Source of the DNA: Chiloscyllium plagiosum | Lineage: Eukaryota | Assembly (NCBI RefSeq): GCF_004010195.1 | Contig: NC_057749.1 | Span: 8,682,293 to 8,746,292, forward strand | Direction of reading: 5' to 3' | DNA length: 64,000 nt | Part shown: piece after piece, positions 1 to 12,554 of the stretch | Numbering within the stretch: the first letter of the stretch is position 1 | Layout of the letters: every line of letters starts with the position of its first letter | Position numbers and translations under genes: made by a program | The notes under the pieces: generated by a model | The model's input: only the letters and a program-made list of their open reading frames with translations | What the model was told of the DNA's origin: nothing | The model's database searches: none

Positions 1-200
1 TACCCCCACCTCTGACCCTACTAAAACATTTAAACCCTGGAACCTGCAACAGCCAATCCTGTCCCTGTTCTACCCATGTCTCCGTAATAGCCACAACATC
101 GAAGTCCCAGGTACCAACCCACGCTGCAAGTTCACCTACCTTATTTCGTATACTTCTTGCATTGAAGTATACACACTTCAAGCCACTTTCCTGTTTACAG
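1..200 (-). mobile_element. CR1 LINE ORF2, N-terminal AP-endonuclease segment (continues beyond window start)
   Basis: Minus strand translates to LKCVYFNARSIRNKVGELAAWVGTWDFDVVAITETW..., with the NARS and ITETW motifs of CR1 APE domains. Confidence 0.9.
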
Positions 201-1655
201 GCACCCTTTTGGTGAAAGTGATCACAACTGCCTCACATTTAGCAGAGCCTTGGAGAGTGAAAGGAGCAGTTACTGAAGGAAGGTATTTTATTGGGGAAAA
301 GTAAATTATGACGCTATCAGACAGGAATTGGGAAGTACAGACTGGGAGCAATTGTTCCACAGAAAGTGCACAGCAGACATGTGGAGACTATTAGGAAAAG
401 TTATTGCGAGTGATGCATAAATTTGTTCCTCTGAGACAGGTAAGAAGGTGTAAGATTAAGGAACCTTGGATGACGAGAACAGAGGAACTTCTTGTCAAAA
501 GGAAGAAGGCAGCTTACATAAGGTGGAGGAAGCAAGGATCTAGCACAGCTTCAGAGGATTGCAGGCTTCCTAGAAAGGAGCTCAGAAATGGACTGAGGAG
601 AACCTGGAGGGGGCATGAAAAGGGCTTGACAAGACAGATTAGGGAGAACCCAAAGGCACTTTACTCATACGTGAGGAATAAGAGAATGATCAGGGAGAAG
701 GTAGGGCCAATCAGGGATAGCAGAGGGAACTTGTGCGTGGAGTCCGAACACATAGGGGAAGGCCGAAATGAGTTTTTTGCTTTGGTTTTCACCAAGGAAA
801 GGGAACTTGTTGGAAATGAAAACTTAGAGGAGCTGGGATACAGTCTTGACCAGATCAAGATTGATGAAGTTGAAGTGCTAGAAAGTTTGGAAAACATTAA
901 GATTGATAAGTCCCCAGAGCCAGCCCAGATTTATCCTAGGCTGCTCCGGGAAGCGAGAAAGGAGATTGCTAAGCCACTGGCGAGGATATTTGCCTCCTCA
1001 CTCTCCACGGGAGTCGTACCTGAGGATTGGAAGGAGGCAAATGTTGTTCCACTTTTCAAGAAGGGTAATAGGGAAATCCCTGGCAATTACATAACAGTCC
1101 GTCCTACATCTGTGGTCAGCAAAATTTTGGAAAGAATTCTGAGGGATAGGATTTATGACTATTTAACAAAACATAGTGTGATTAAAGGCAGTCAGCATGG
1201 CTTTGTGAGGGGCAGGTCATGCCTCACAAATCTTATTGAGTTCTTTGAGGAAGTGACAAGACAGATTGATGATGGTAGAGCAGTGGATGTGGTGTATATG
1301 GACTTCAGCAAGGCATTTGATAGGGTTCCCCATGGTAAGCTCATTCATAAAGTCAGGAAGTATGGGATACAGGGAGATTTGGTTATCTGGATTCAGAATT
1401 GGCTGGCTGACAGAAGGCAGAGAGTGGTTGTAGATGGAAAATATTCTGCCTGGAGGACAGTGTTGAGTGGGGTCCCACAGGGCTCTGTTCTTGGGCCTCT
1501 GCTCTTTGTAGTTTTTATAAATGACTTAGATGAGGAGGTTGAGGGGTGGGTTAGTAAATTTGCAGATGACATAAAGGTTGGAGGTGTCGTTGATAGTATA
1601 GAGGGCTACTGCAGGTTGCAGTGCGACATAGACAGGATGCAGAGCTGGGCTGAGA
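201..1655 (+). mobile_element. CR1 LINE copy A, 5' part: end of endonuclease plus reverse transcriptase (ORF 404-1663)
   Basis: Starts at the APE SDH motif (FGESDHN). ORF has [41 protein letters not shown] and SKFADD. Interrupted at 1656 by copy B. Confidence 0.95.
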
Positions 1656-3072
1656 GGACCTGATCAGGTGTACCCGAGAACTCTGTGGGAAGCTAGAGAA
1701 GTGATTGCTTGGCCACTTGCTGAGATATTTGTATCATCGATAGACACAGGTGAGGTGCTGGAAGACTGGAGGTTGGTAAACGTGGTGCCACTGTTTAAGA
1801 AGGGCGGTAAAGACAAGCCAGGGAACTATAGACCAGTGAGCCTGACCTCGGTGGTGGGCAAGTTGTTGGAGGGAATCCTGAGGGACAGGATGTACATGTA
1901 TTTGGAAAGGCAAGGACTGATTAGGAATAGTCAACATGGCTTAGTGCATGGGAAATCATGTCTCACAAACTTGATTGAGGTTTTTGAAGAAGTAACAAAG
2001 AAGATTGATGAGGGCAGAGCAATAGATGTGATCTATACGGACTTCAGTAAGGCGTTCGACAAGGTTCCCCATGGGAGATTGATTAGCAAAGTTAGATCTC
2101 ATGGAATACAGACAGAACTAGCCATTTGGATACAGAAGTGGCTCAAAGGTAGAAGACAGAGGATGGTGGTGGAAGGTTGTTTTTCAGACTGGAGGCCTGT
2201 GACCAGTGGAGTGCCACAAGGATCAGTGCTGGGTCCTCTACTTTTTGTCTTTTACATAAATGATTTGGATGCGAGCATAAGAGGTACAGTTAGTAAGTTT
2301 GCAGATGATACCAAAATTGGAGGTCTGGTGGACAGCGAAGAGGATTACCTTAGATTACAATAGGATCTTGACCAGATGGGCCAATGGCAGACCAGATCTG
2401 CCAAGTGGCAGATGGAGTTTAATTCAGATAAATGCNNNNNNNNNNNNNNNNNNNNNNNNNNNNNNNNNNNNNNNNNNNNNNNNNNNNNNNNNNNNNNNNN
2501 NNNNNNNNNNNNNNNNNNNNNNNNNNNNNNNNNNNNNNNNNNNNNNNNNNNNNNNNNNNNNNNNNNNNNNNNNNNNNNNNNNNNNNNNNNNNNNNNNNNN
2601 NNNNNNNNNNNNNNNNNNNNNNNNNNNNNNNNNNNNNNNNNNNNNNNNNNNNNNNNNNNNNNNNNNNNNNNNNNNNNNNNNNNNNNNNNNNNNNNNNNNN
2701 NNNNNNNNNNNNNNNNNNNNNNNNNNNNNNNNNNNNNNNNNNNNNNNNNNNNNNNNNNNNNNNNNNNNNNNNNNNNNNNNNNNNNNNNNNNNNNNNNNNN
2801 NNNNNNNNNNNAAAGATATAAAAGAGACCTAAGGGGCAACTTTTTCACGCAGAGGGTGGTACGTGTATGGAATGAGCTGCCAGAGGATGTGGTGGAGGCT
2901 GGTACAATTGCAACATTTAAGAGGCATTTGGATGGGTATATGAATAGGAAGGGTTTGGAGGGATATGGGCCAGGTGCTGGCAGGTGGGACTAGATTGGGT
3001 TGGGATATCTGGTCGGCATGGACGGGTTGGACCGAGGGGTCTGTTTCCGTGCTGTACATCTCTATGACTCTA
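1656..3072 (+). mobile_element. CR1 LINE copy B, 5'-truncated, nested in copy A (RT ORF 1668-2363; contains N gap)
   Basis: [34 protein letters not shown] and KFADD; C-terminal FFTQRVVRVWNELP; 3' tail ending ctctatgactcta. Confidence 0.95.
2436..2811. other. Assembly gap
   Basis: Run of N. Confidence 1.
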
Positions 3073-3852
3073 AATGCAAAATGATGCATTTTTGAAGGTC
3101 GAACTCGAATGCTGAATATAGTATTAAAGACAGGATTCTTGTCAGTGTGGAGGAACAGAGGGATCTAGGTGTGCAAGTACATAGATCCCTCAAAGTTGCC
3201 ACCGAAGTGGATAGGGTTGTTAAGAAAGCATATGGTGTTTGATTTTCATTAACGGGGGATCGAGTTTAAGAGCTGTGAGGTTTTGCTGCAGCTCTACAAG
3301 TCCCTGGTGAGACCACACTTGGAATATTGTGTCCAGTTCTGGTTGTCCTACTACAGAAAAGATACAGAGGCTCTGGAGAGGGTGCAAAGAAGTATTATCA
3401 GGATGCTGCCTGGACTGGAGGGCTTGCCTTATGAAGAAAGGTTTAATAAGCTCGGACTCTTCTCTCTGGAGAGAAGGAGGAAGAGAGGAGACCTGATCGA
3501 AGTGTATAATATACTGAGAGGAATAGATAGAGTCAGTAGTCAGAGACTTTTCCCCAGGGCAGGATTGACTGGTACGAGAAGTCATAGTTTGAAGATATTA
3601 GGAGGAAGATATAAAGGAGACATCAGCGGTAGGTTCTTTACAGAGAATTGTGAATGTATGGAATTCTTTGCCAGTTGAAGTGGTGGAAGCGAAGTCATTG
3701 GGGACATTTAAGTGACTGCTGGACATGCACATGGATAGCAGTGAGTTGAGGAGTGCGTAGGTTAAGTTACTATATTTTACATTACGATTAAGTCTCGGCT
3801 CAACATCGTGGGCCAAAGGGCCTGTTCTGTGCTGTACTTTCCTATGTTCCAT
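3073..3852 (+). mobile_element. CR1 LINE copy A, 3' part
   Basis: Resumes ORF2 shortly after the point where copy A was broken: LYKSLVRPHLEYCVQFW, LGLFSLERRR, then 3' UTR ending ctatgttcc. Confidence 0.9.
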
Positions 3853-4685
3853 GCACCTCTCATGATTTTGTAGACCTCAATCAGGTCCCCCCTCAAGCTT
3901 TGTCTTTCTAACGAAAGTAATCTCAATCTACTCCACCTTGCTTCATTATTAACACCTGCCATACCAGGCAACATCCTCATGACCATCCTGGTACAAAAAG
4001 TCCATGCTGACCATAATCCCAAACAAAACTAGTCCCACCTGCTTGTGTTTGGCCCATATCCCTCCAAACATTTCTTATTCACTTACTTACCCAAATGTCT
4101 TTAAAAGTTTGTAACTGGAGCCACATCCATCACTTCCTCTGGAGGTTCATCCCACACGTGAACCACTCTCTGTGTGAAACAAATTGCCCCTCATGTGTTT
4201 TTTAAATCTTTGTCCTCTCACCTTAAAAATAGGCCCCCAGTCCTGAAATCACCTAACCTTGGAAAAAGACACCTGCCATTTACCTTATCTATCCCTCTTA
4301 TGATTTTATAAACCCTCATAAAGCCACCTCACAAACTCCTATGTTCCAGTGAAAAATGTCCCAGCCCATCCAGCTTCTCCTCATAACTCAAACCCCCCGA
4401 GCTGGAAAATCTCTTCTGAATTCTGTCCCAGTTTAATAATATCCTTTCTACAACGGGGTGACCTGAACTGAGCACAGTACTCCAGAAGTGGCCTCACCAA
4501 CATCCCAAACAACCTCAACATGATGTCCCAACTGCAAAGGTCTGAGCAATGAGGGCAAGCATGCTAAACACCTTCTTAATCACCCTGTCTATATGTGCTG
4601 CAAACTTCAAAGAATTGTATACCTGAACCTCTCGACCTTTCTGTTGTACAAGATTACCCAGGGCCCTACTTTTAATTGTATAAGG
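3853..4685 (-). mobile_element. Two decayed CR1 3' fragments
   Basis: Reverse-complement similarity to CR1 3' ORF2/UTR (LRGDLIEVYKIMRG); frameshifted. Confidence 0.85.
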
Positions 4686-5397
4686 CTTGCTTTCTCTTTT
4701 TGAATGCGAGGATTCAAATGTTGGCTCTTCATAACCAATGCATCCATCCCAAATATTCACTTTTCTCCTGCAGTGGCCAGTGTAGAAGTGTTGTCGCAGC
4801 AATGAATTACAAAGTTCTTGGATTAGGTCACCGTTTTAGCTCAATATTGACCTTTTAACACATCCAGACATCTGATTTGTTTCGCTCATGTTCATTGAGC
4901 AATGTTGTGATCACTTCAATTTACTGTCAATCAGGGCATCCAGACTTCATTCATTTTCCATCCAGATGATTAACTTTCCATTTAAGTAATCACACATGCA
5001 TAATAGATTAAGACAGCCGGAGCACCAAAGGAATAAACTTTTATTAGTCAGATGACCTGGTCTTCATTCTTGCCTTTTCTCATGTTGACCTGGATTATAG
5101 TTCATGTTTGCAATGGGCTATTTGTCCATCAACTTAGGCAATCAGACAGTTAGATTAAATAATGTAAATTAAAGCTTAATTAAAAAGTGATACTGTGCAT
5201 TTGAAAGATGGGGTTGAATATGGGGTCTCCACGCATTCTAGCTCTCTCAACAAAACAGAATTTAGAAATGGTTCTAAAACTCTGTAAAGTTGAAGCATAA
5301 GGAGCGATTATGTCTCACTGTATATCTACACAATGGTTCATTAAACTTAAAAGTTCTTTCCATAATCACAAACAGCCTCACTTTCTTTTGACTAGAT

Positions 5398-5585
5398 TAG
5401 AACATAGAACACTACAGTGCAGTACAGGCCCTTCAGCCCTCAATGTTGCGCCAACCTGTGAAACCAATCCGAAGCCCATCTAACCTACATTATTCCATTT
5501 TCGTCCGTATGTCTAACGGATGACCATTTAAATGCCCGTAAAGTTGGTGAGTCTACTACTGTTGCAGGCAGTGCGTTCCGTGCCT
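5398..5585 (-). mobile_element. CR1 3' tail fragment
   Basis: tagaacatagaac...acaggcccttcagccc is the reverse complement of the copy A type tail. Confidence 0.7.
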
Positions 5586-5629
5586 CAGATTATGAAATCT
5601 GTTTCCAACTCTCTTTCGCTACAGTAGTT

Positions 5630-5982
5630 TTACTTTATTCATTCATGTGATGAGGGTGTCATTGGCTCTGTCAGCATTTATTGCCCATCCCCTAATTACC
5701 CAGAGGGCAGTTAAGAGTCAATCACATTGCTGTGGGTCTGGAGTCACATGTAGGCCAGACCAGGTAAGGATGGCAGTTTCCTTCCCTAAAGAACATCAGT
5801 GAACCAGATGGGTGATTCCAACAATCAGTTCATGATCATCATTAGATTCTTGGTTTCAGATTTGTTTTTAAATTGAATCCAAATTCCACCGTCCACTTTT
5901 GCAGGATTTGGACCCAGGCCCCCAGAACGTAACCTGAGTTTCTGGGTTAACAATCCTGGAATAATACCACCAGGCCATCACA
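5630..5982 (-). mobile_element. tRNA-derived SINE, second family (tail shared with a CR1/L2-like LINE)
   Basis: gcatttattgcccatccctaatt...ggtaaggatggcagtttccttccctaaag. Related copies near 15000-15340, 33840-34355, 39335-39860, 45625-45950 and 63740-64000. Confidence 0.7.
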
Positions 5983-6872
5983 TCTTCTCTGATGGACTTG
6001 GTTGCTTCAAGGTATAGAACATGAATTCAGCCAGCTCAGACTTGCACTATTTTGAATAACGGCAGGAGGGCCTTTCTCTAATATTCAGGCCTACCACTAA
6101 ATATTTTCTAAATCAATCTGTTCAGAGATGTTATTACTCATTTCTGGAGCAAGTGGGTCTTGAACTTGAGTCTCCTGGTTCAGAGGGAGGGATACTGAGC
6201 CTTCTACTCAGGAAAGAATATGCAAACTCAGGAAAGAATATGAAACATTCATCGTGAATCTGCAATTAGCTAACAATTATCCAACCTTCCCAAATGAGTG
6301 AAGAATTAAATTAACAATCAATTTAGGATTCTCAGTAGAGTTTGCAATGCAATTCACTTATACTTGCCAGTAGCTTCATATATTTATATGCAGGACCTGT
6401 CCTCTACAGGCATTGTATGTTTTTAATTAAACCAGAAAGCTGGGGACAATAGCTTCTTAGCATCTTCCCCACAACTCCTCAGCCAATTAGAGTTAACATC
6501 TAATCAAACAGCACCTTTCTGTACAATACTATATCCTTTTTGTTTTTGGATTGTGGACTTCAATTGAGAAAATGGGCGCATTCAACAGCATGTATCTTTT
6601 GTTTCAGAAGGACATATTTCCTACTCTGAAATTTTCTGGCATGGAGTTACAGCCTAGCAAGTTAACGATTGTCTCTTTCCCAAACTATATTTGCACAGAT
6701 CACACAGCTGGTTTTAGAGAGAAGCTTACCCACCTATCTCTGCAGGTAAGCACGCTGAGCATTACAAGCGACAATTAAAAACAGTAAATATCTTTCAGCA
6801 AAACACGTCTTTTTATTCACTTTGCAAAGTTGCATTAAACTCTCTACCAAAAGAGTAGAAGTCACATATAAT

Positions 6873-7412
6873 CTTACCAGACCAGAGGGCTGCTCTCTCA
6901 TTAGAGAGAGAGATGACAGGTGATGGCTTCACCTGAGAGTCACCATGCCTCAAACGAGAAGAGAGGTTGAGAAGGAGAGTACTTCATGGTAACTTCATAT
7001 GGGATTTAAGCCAATGATTAGATTTTTTTTAGATTAGATTCCCTACAGTGTGGAAACAGGCCCTTCGGCCCAACAAGTCCACACTGACCCTCCGAAGAGC
7101 AACCCACCCAGACCCATTCCCCTACGTTTACCCCGACTAATGCACCTAACACTACAGGCAATTTAGCATGGCCAATTCGCCTAACCTGCGCATCTTTGGA
7201 TTGTGGGAGGAAACCAGAGCACCAGAGGAAACCCGCATAAACACAGGGAGAATATGCAAATTCCACAGAGACAGTTGCCCAAGGCTGGAATCGAACCTGG
7301 GACCCTGGTGCTGTGAGGCAGCAGTGCTAACCACTGAGCCACCATGCTGCCCACTGCTGTTGGTGTCACTCTGAAATACAAGGCAGCTGTCCAGGCAACT
7401 GAGCTAAAGCCG
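6873..7412 (-). mobile_element. tRNA-derived SINE, third family, interrupted by a V-SINE
   Basis: gctgctctctcattagagagag...ggttgagaagg...caactgagctaa. Related copies at about 17645-17842, 20200-20375, 27980-28140, 41550-41630, 41790-41950 and 49435-49540. Confidence 0.6.
7017..7352 (-). mobile_element. HE1-type V-SINE, full length
   Basis: Pol III head (GGTGGCTCAGTGGTTAGC, GGTTCGATTCC), V-domain (tgtggaatttgcatattctccctgtg...ggtttcctcccacaatccaaagat) and (tctaa)n tail. Confidence 0.9.
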
Positions 7413-7959
7413 CACTCCCCCACCTCCACTGAAAGGAAATTAAAGCAAAGTGCCATGGATGCTGGAGACCTGAAATTAAACCAGAAGGTGCTGGAAAAAC
7501 TCCGCAGCATCTGTGGAGAGAGCAAAACAGAGTTCGCATTCCGGGTCTGGAATGACATCTCCTCGGAATTTTGGAATCATTTCCGTTGGCTGCTGAATGC
7601 TACAAGCTGTTTGTTCAGATGAGAAGGAGAAGGGAAATTCATCCAGCCCTTCATTTCAACTTGGCAAGACTTGAGTGTGAGAAAGCTGTTCAATGAGCTC
7701 ATGCCTGTGTGTATGATTTGATGGATCTGTTGTTGCACCTTTCAAAGATTCTACTGCATCAAAGAAATTGTCAAAACAAAATATTTATGTGCAGTGCAAT
7801 AAATTGGTATTATCACAAAGCTTATCATTAATCTCAGAAATGTCATGCGAAGGATTTCACATGCAATGAATTGCTTTGAATTTAAACAAAAGTTCTGCGA
7901 GAAAATGCATTAGGCATTTTGCAGCCGAGCGTTCAGGATTGAACCAGTAATGAAAGTCA

Positions 7960-8350
7960 TGCACTTATAAAGCATCTTTTGTGAAATTCCAAAGTATTGT
8001 GGCAGCAATGAAGCATTTCTGTACTGTAGCAATGTAGGAAACTCAGTAGGCAATTTGCACAAAGCAAGATCCCACACACAGCAGTACGGTAATGACAAGA
8101 TAACCTTATTAGCCCGTGGTGTAGGCTAATGGATAAATATTGGACCAGATACTGGGATCAATCTCTCTGCTCTCCTTCAGAACTGTACCACATGAGATCA
8201 GGTATGTCCACTTGAGACAGTAGGCAGGGCCTTCGTTTAACATCACATCCAAGCCACAAGCACTTCCAACAATGCTGCACTCCCTCAGTAAATCACTGGA
8301 CTGTCAGTCCAGGGTTTTGCACTCAGTCTCCTGCAGGGACCAATTCCGAT
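7960..8350 (-). mobile_element. DeuSINE-like (SacSINE1-type) SINE, decayed
   Basis: Reverse complement carries the Deu-domain pattern gtgcagcattgttggaagtg...atgttaaacgaaggccctgcct...ccaatatttatcc. Similar copy at 59285-59590. Confidence 0.6.
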
Positions 8351-8361
8351 TACTGAGAGGG

Positions 8362-8922
8362 GAGTCATAGAGTCACACAGCATGGAAACAGACCCTTCGG
8401 TCCAACCCGTCCAAGTTGACCATAATCCCAAACTAAACTAGTCCCACCTGCCTGCTCCTGGCCTATATCACTTTAAACCTTCCTGTTCATGTATTTATCC
8501 AAAAGCTTTTTAAGTGCTGTAATTGTTGCCACATCCGCCACTTCCTCTGGAAGTTCATTCCACACACAAGCCACTCTCTGTGTAAAACATTTGTCCCTCA
8601 TTTGTCCCTCTCCTCTCACTTTAAAAATGTGCCCCGAGTCATGAAATCTCTCATCCTAGGGAAAAGACAACTACCGTTAACTCTATCTGTACCCTCATTA
8701 TTTTATAAACTTCTTTAAAATCACTTCTCAACTTCCTACCCTCTAGTGAAAAAAGCCCCAACCTCTCCCTATAACTCAAACTTTCCACACCTGTCAACAT
8801 CCTAGTCAGTGTCTTCTGAACCATCTCCAGGTTAATAATATTCTTCCTAAAACTGGACGATCAGAACTGGACACGTTACTCCAGTAAAAGACCTCACCAA
8901 CATCTTGCACAACATCAACATG
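8362..8922 (-). mobile_element. CR1 3' fragment
   Basis: gagtcatagagtc...gacccttcggtccaac tail plus decayed ORF2 end. Confidence 0.85.
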
Positions 8923-8964
8923 TTCAAATCTGGCTTTCTTTTGTGTTTAAATCTGTTACGAAAA

Positions 8965-9091
8965 GGAGAAAGTGAGGACTGCAGATGCTGGAGACCAGAA
9001 TTGAAAAGTGTGGTGCTGGAAAAACACAGCAGGCCAGTCAGCATCCAAGGAGCAGGAGAATCGACTTTTCAGGCATAAGCCCTTCTTCAGG
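8965..9091 (-). mobile_element. Penelope-derived short element with 15-bp TSD
   Basis: TSD aatctgttacgaaaa at 8950-8964 and 9092-9106. Same sequence as the arms of the GIY-YIG-bearing element at 27318. Confidence 0.85.
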
Positions 9092-10092
9092 AATCTGTTA
9101 CGAAAATCAAATCAAATCCATTTGAACTGCTTACAAACAAATGGATATCATTTCAACACTAAATATTTACAAGATGTTTTTCTGTCACCATGATATGCCA
9201 AAAGCTTAATCAACAATATGTGGTCAATATTATTCACTGAACAGTCTCCTTGACCTATAAGAGCACTTACAACAGGTGGTGAATAGTATTGTTATTGAAA
9301 TGTGTTGTTATTTTCACAATTGGTTGCCAGTGCATCCATTACTTTTCTCTATATTACAAGGTACGAGTGAGTGACCTGTAACCTTTCTCAAACTCAATTG
9401 GCAGTAGTCATAGAGTCATAGAGATGTACAGCAAGGAAACAGACCCTTCGGTCACATGACCTCCCAACTCCTGTACTCAATACTCTGACCAATAAAGGAA
9501 AGCATACCAAACGCCTTCTTCACTATCCTATCTACCTGCGACTCCACTTTCAAGGAGTTATGAACCTGCACTCCAAGGTCTCTTTGTTCAGCAACACTCC
9601 CTCGGACCTTACCATTTGTAGGAGTGTGTTGTAACAGTCTCATTTATACTACATTGCCACCTCTGGTGCACAGAGGAAGACTAGGAGCAGCTTGACGCAT
9701 TAATTTCAATAAACAGAGGGTTCAATTCTCTTAAAAGTCATAGATTTGAGAAACGTTCCAAATGGCAGATCACAAAGTTCCACAGAGAGTGAACACCAAG
9801 TATCATCTTTCAGACAATTAAAGTTTTCCATTCTGCTCATATTATTTTTAGTTAATTACTTTGAATTCTTTCTTGGGATGTGGTTAGGATCAGTGTTTAT
9901 TGCCTGGCCCTAATTGCCCCCTGGGAAGGTAGTGGGTAGGTGCCTTCTTGAACTGCTCTTATCCTTGGGATGTAGGAACACCCATGGTGCTGTTAGACAG
10001 GGAGTGTCATGAAGTGTTGTGGAAACGATATTGTTTGAATCTGTTGGTTTCCTATGTATTTTCATTGTATGTGGATTATCTCTGGCAAGTTC
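9061..10092 (+). repeat. Copy A of a local duplication (copy B at 12211-13954)
   Basis: 9061-9453 matches 12211-12603 with 1 mismatch seen; 9857-10005 matches 13369-13518; 10008-10092 matches 13870-13954. Confidence 0.95.
9405..9617 (-). mobile_element. CR1 3' fragment with internal deletion at 9453/9454
   Basis: Tail jumps directly to ORF2 sequence (LGVQVHNSLKVESQVDRIVKKAFGML). Copy B retains the intervening part. Confidence 0.85.
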
Positions 10093-10344
10093 AACATTTA
10101 TTGCCTTTGATCTGAGTTGCTTGTTCAATGATTTTGGAGAGTCATTCAGTGTCAATTGCAGTGAGTCTGTAGTCACATGAAGGTCAGACCAAGTAAAGAT
10201 GACACGTTTCCTTCCCTAATGGGCATTAACACACCACATTGGTTTCTACATCAATACCAAGGGGAAAGACCAGTAATAGTAGACCAGTAAAAGGCCAGTC
10301 AACGATGGGATCGATGAAACAGGTCTGGACACCAGTAACAATCC

Positions 10345-11172
10345 ACAGATTCCATTCTTACTACCTCTGAAAGACAGCCAACATCATCAAAGAACCCTCC
10401 CACCCCACTTATAATCTCTTCCAACCTTTTCCATCGAACAGAAGACACAAAAGCTTAAATACACATCCTACCAGATTCAAAAACAGCTTGTTCCCTTTAG
10501 TTGTTAGGCTTCTGAGTGGGACCCAAGAGTGTGATGCTGGAAAAGCACAATAGGTCAGGCAGCATCCAAGGAGCAAGAGAATCGATGTTTCAGTCCCCAC
10601 TTTCTCCTTCTGAATGGGATCCTCCAACCACACGGCACCAACGTCAATTTCACCGGTTTCCTCATTTCCTCTCCCCCAACCTCATCCCAGATCTAACCCT
10701 CAAACTTGGCACTGCCCTCTTCAACTGTCCTACCTGTCCATCTTCCTTCCCACCTATCCGCTCCATTCTCCTCTCTCACCTATCACCATCACCCCCCCAC
10801 CTTCATCTACCTATCGCCTTCCAAGCTACCTTCCCCTCAGCCCCACACACATCCCACATTCCTCATGAAGGGCTTCTGCCCGAAAAGTCAACCCTCCTGC
10901 TCCTCGGATGCTGCCTGACTTGCTGTGCTTTACCAGCGCAACCCTTTTCGACTCCGATCTCCAGCATGTGCCCTCACTTTCTCTTTCTAAATGGATCTGT
11001 CAAATTTGAAATCTAATGTTGATCACGCTCTCTGCGCACCTTCCTTGCAGCCATAACATTGTATTCTTTGCTCTGTTCGATTACCAAAATGCATTTGTAC
11101 GGTATAAGCTGCCTGCACTGCACGCAAAACAAAACATTTCACTGTATTTAGGTACATGTGACAATAATAAAT
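10345..11172 (+). mobile_element. Rex1/Babar-like LINE 3' end, interrupted by Penelope-derived sequence at about 10525-10985
   Basis: Both halves match 43095-43350; ends ttcactgtatttaggtacatgtgacaataataaa. Confidence 0.7.
10525..10985. mobile_element. Penelope-derived element, rearranged, with inverted arms
   Basis: Arms tgctggaaaagcac...ggcagcatcc and gatgctgcctgacttgctgtgc, with a C-rich spacer similar to 19170-19400. Confidence 0.75.
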
Positions 11173-11751
11173 TAAATCAAATTAATGATCTTTGTGCCAG
11201 TAATTTTGGTCTTGGAGGCAGTACTTGTTCTGGGCCAGTAGTACTGGTCCTGATGCCAGTCATATTGGTCAAGGTGCCAGTCCAATGTGTATCATGGTGC
11301 CAATCTATATGCAGTAGGTGTTAGATTCTGTGCTGCTCAACAGATTATCCGTGTTTTCCTGGGGTTTAACAAAGTAAATATGAAAGTATGATGAAGGGCT
11401 TTTGCCCGGAACGTCGATTTTCCAGCACCACTCTGATCTAAACTCTGGTTTCCAGCATCTGCAGTCCTCGCTTTTGCCCATAAAAGTATGTGTGCTACAG
11501 GGAATGCATGTGGCATAGTCAGTCATGGTAAGAGATCTCCTGGGATTTAGAGTGAAGATTTCTGAGCCTGCACTGAAAAGCCATGCTGCAGAATGACTGA
11601 TACTGTGGTCAGCTCCAGTACAAATCAAGATCTAAAACCGCCCTCCACCAATATACAACAACAGATCGCAATCTGGTTTCATACAGGTCTGTATTTGTTC
11701 CTCTGCAATCCAAGTTAGTTTCGTGGTCATCATTTCCGAGAACAGCTTTAT

Positions 11752-12116
11752 CTACAGTGTTGAAAGAGACCATTCAGCCCATCGAGTCTGCACTGATCCT
11801 TCAAAGTGCATCCCACTCAGACCTAGCCCCTGACCCAATCCTTGTCACCCCACATTTCCCATGGCTAACCCACCTTTCCTGCATGTCCCTGGAGACTATG
11901 GGAAGGTTAGCATGGCCAATCCACCTAACCTAGACATCCCTGAACACTATGGGCAATTTCCCATGGCCAACCCACCCTAAACCTGCACACCTTTGGACTG
12001 TGGGAGGAAACTGGAGCACCCGGAGGAAACCCACTCAGACCCGGGGAAAATGTGAAAACTCCACACAAACTGTGACCCAAGCCTGGATTCGAACCCAGGT
12101 CCATGCCACCATCAGG
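11752..12116 (-). mobile_element. V-SINE, 3' part; its head is displaced to 14044-14095 by the Penelope insertion
   Basis: V-domain and B-box end at 12116 and resume as ggcagcagtgctagccactg at 14058. Confidence 0.85.
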
Positions 12117-12554
12117 GAGAAAGTGAGGTCTGCAGATGCTGGAGATCAAAGTTGAAACTTTATTGCTGGAACAGCACAGCAGGTCAGGCAGCATCCAGGG
12201 AACAGGAGATTCGACTTTTCAGGCATAAGCCCTTCTTCAGGAATCTGTTACGAAAATCAAATCAAATCCATTTGAACTGCTGACAAACAAATGGATATCA
12301 TTTCAACACTAAATATTTACAAGATGTTTTTCTGTCACCATGATATGCCAAAAGCTTAATCAACAATATGTGGTCAATATTATTCACTGAACAGTCTCCT
12401 TGACCTATAAGAGCACTTACAACAGGTGGTGAATAGTATTGTTATTGAAATGTGTTGTTATTTTCACAATTGGTTGCCAGTGCATCCATTACTTTTCTCT
12501 ATATTACAAGGTACGAGTGAGTGACCTGTAACCTTTCTCAAACTCAATTGGCAG

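Noticed and set aside
404..2363. Intact or domesticated RT gene with two RT domains
   Set aside because: Two nested truncated CR1 copies, both with stops and without an intact endonuclease.
2299..2993. Long ORFs across the gap (also 12841-13377)
   Set aside because: Artefacts of N runs.
6205..6245. Short tandem duplications (also about 18995-19050)
   Set aside because: Ordinary slippage duplications of 20-30 bp with no further structure.
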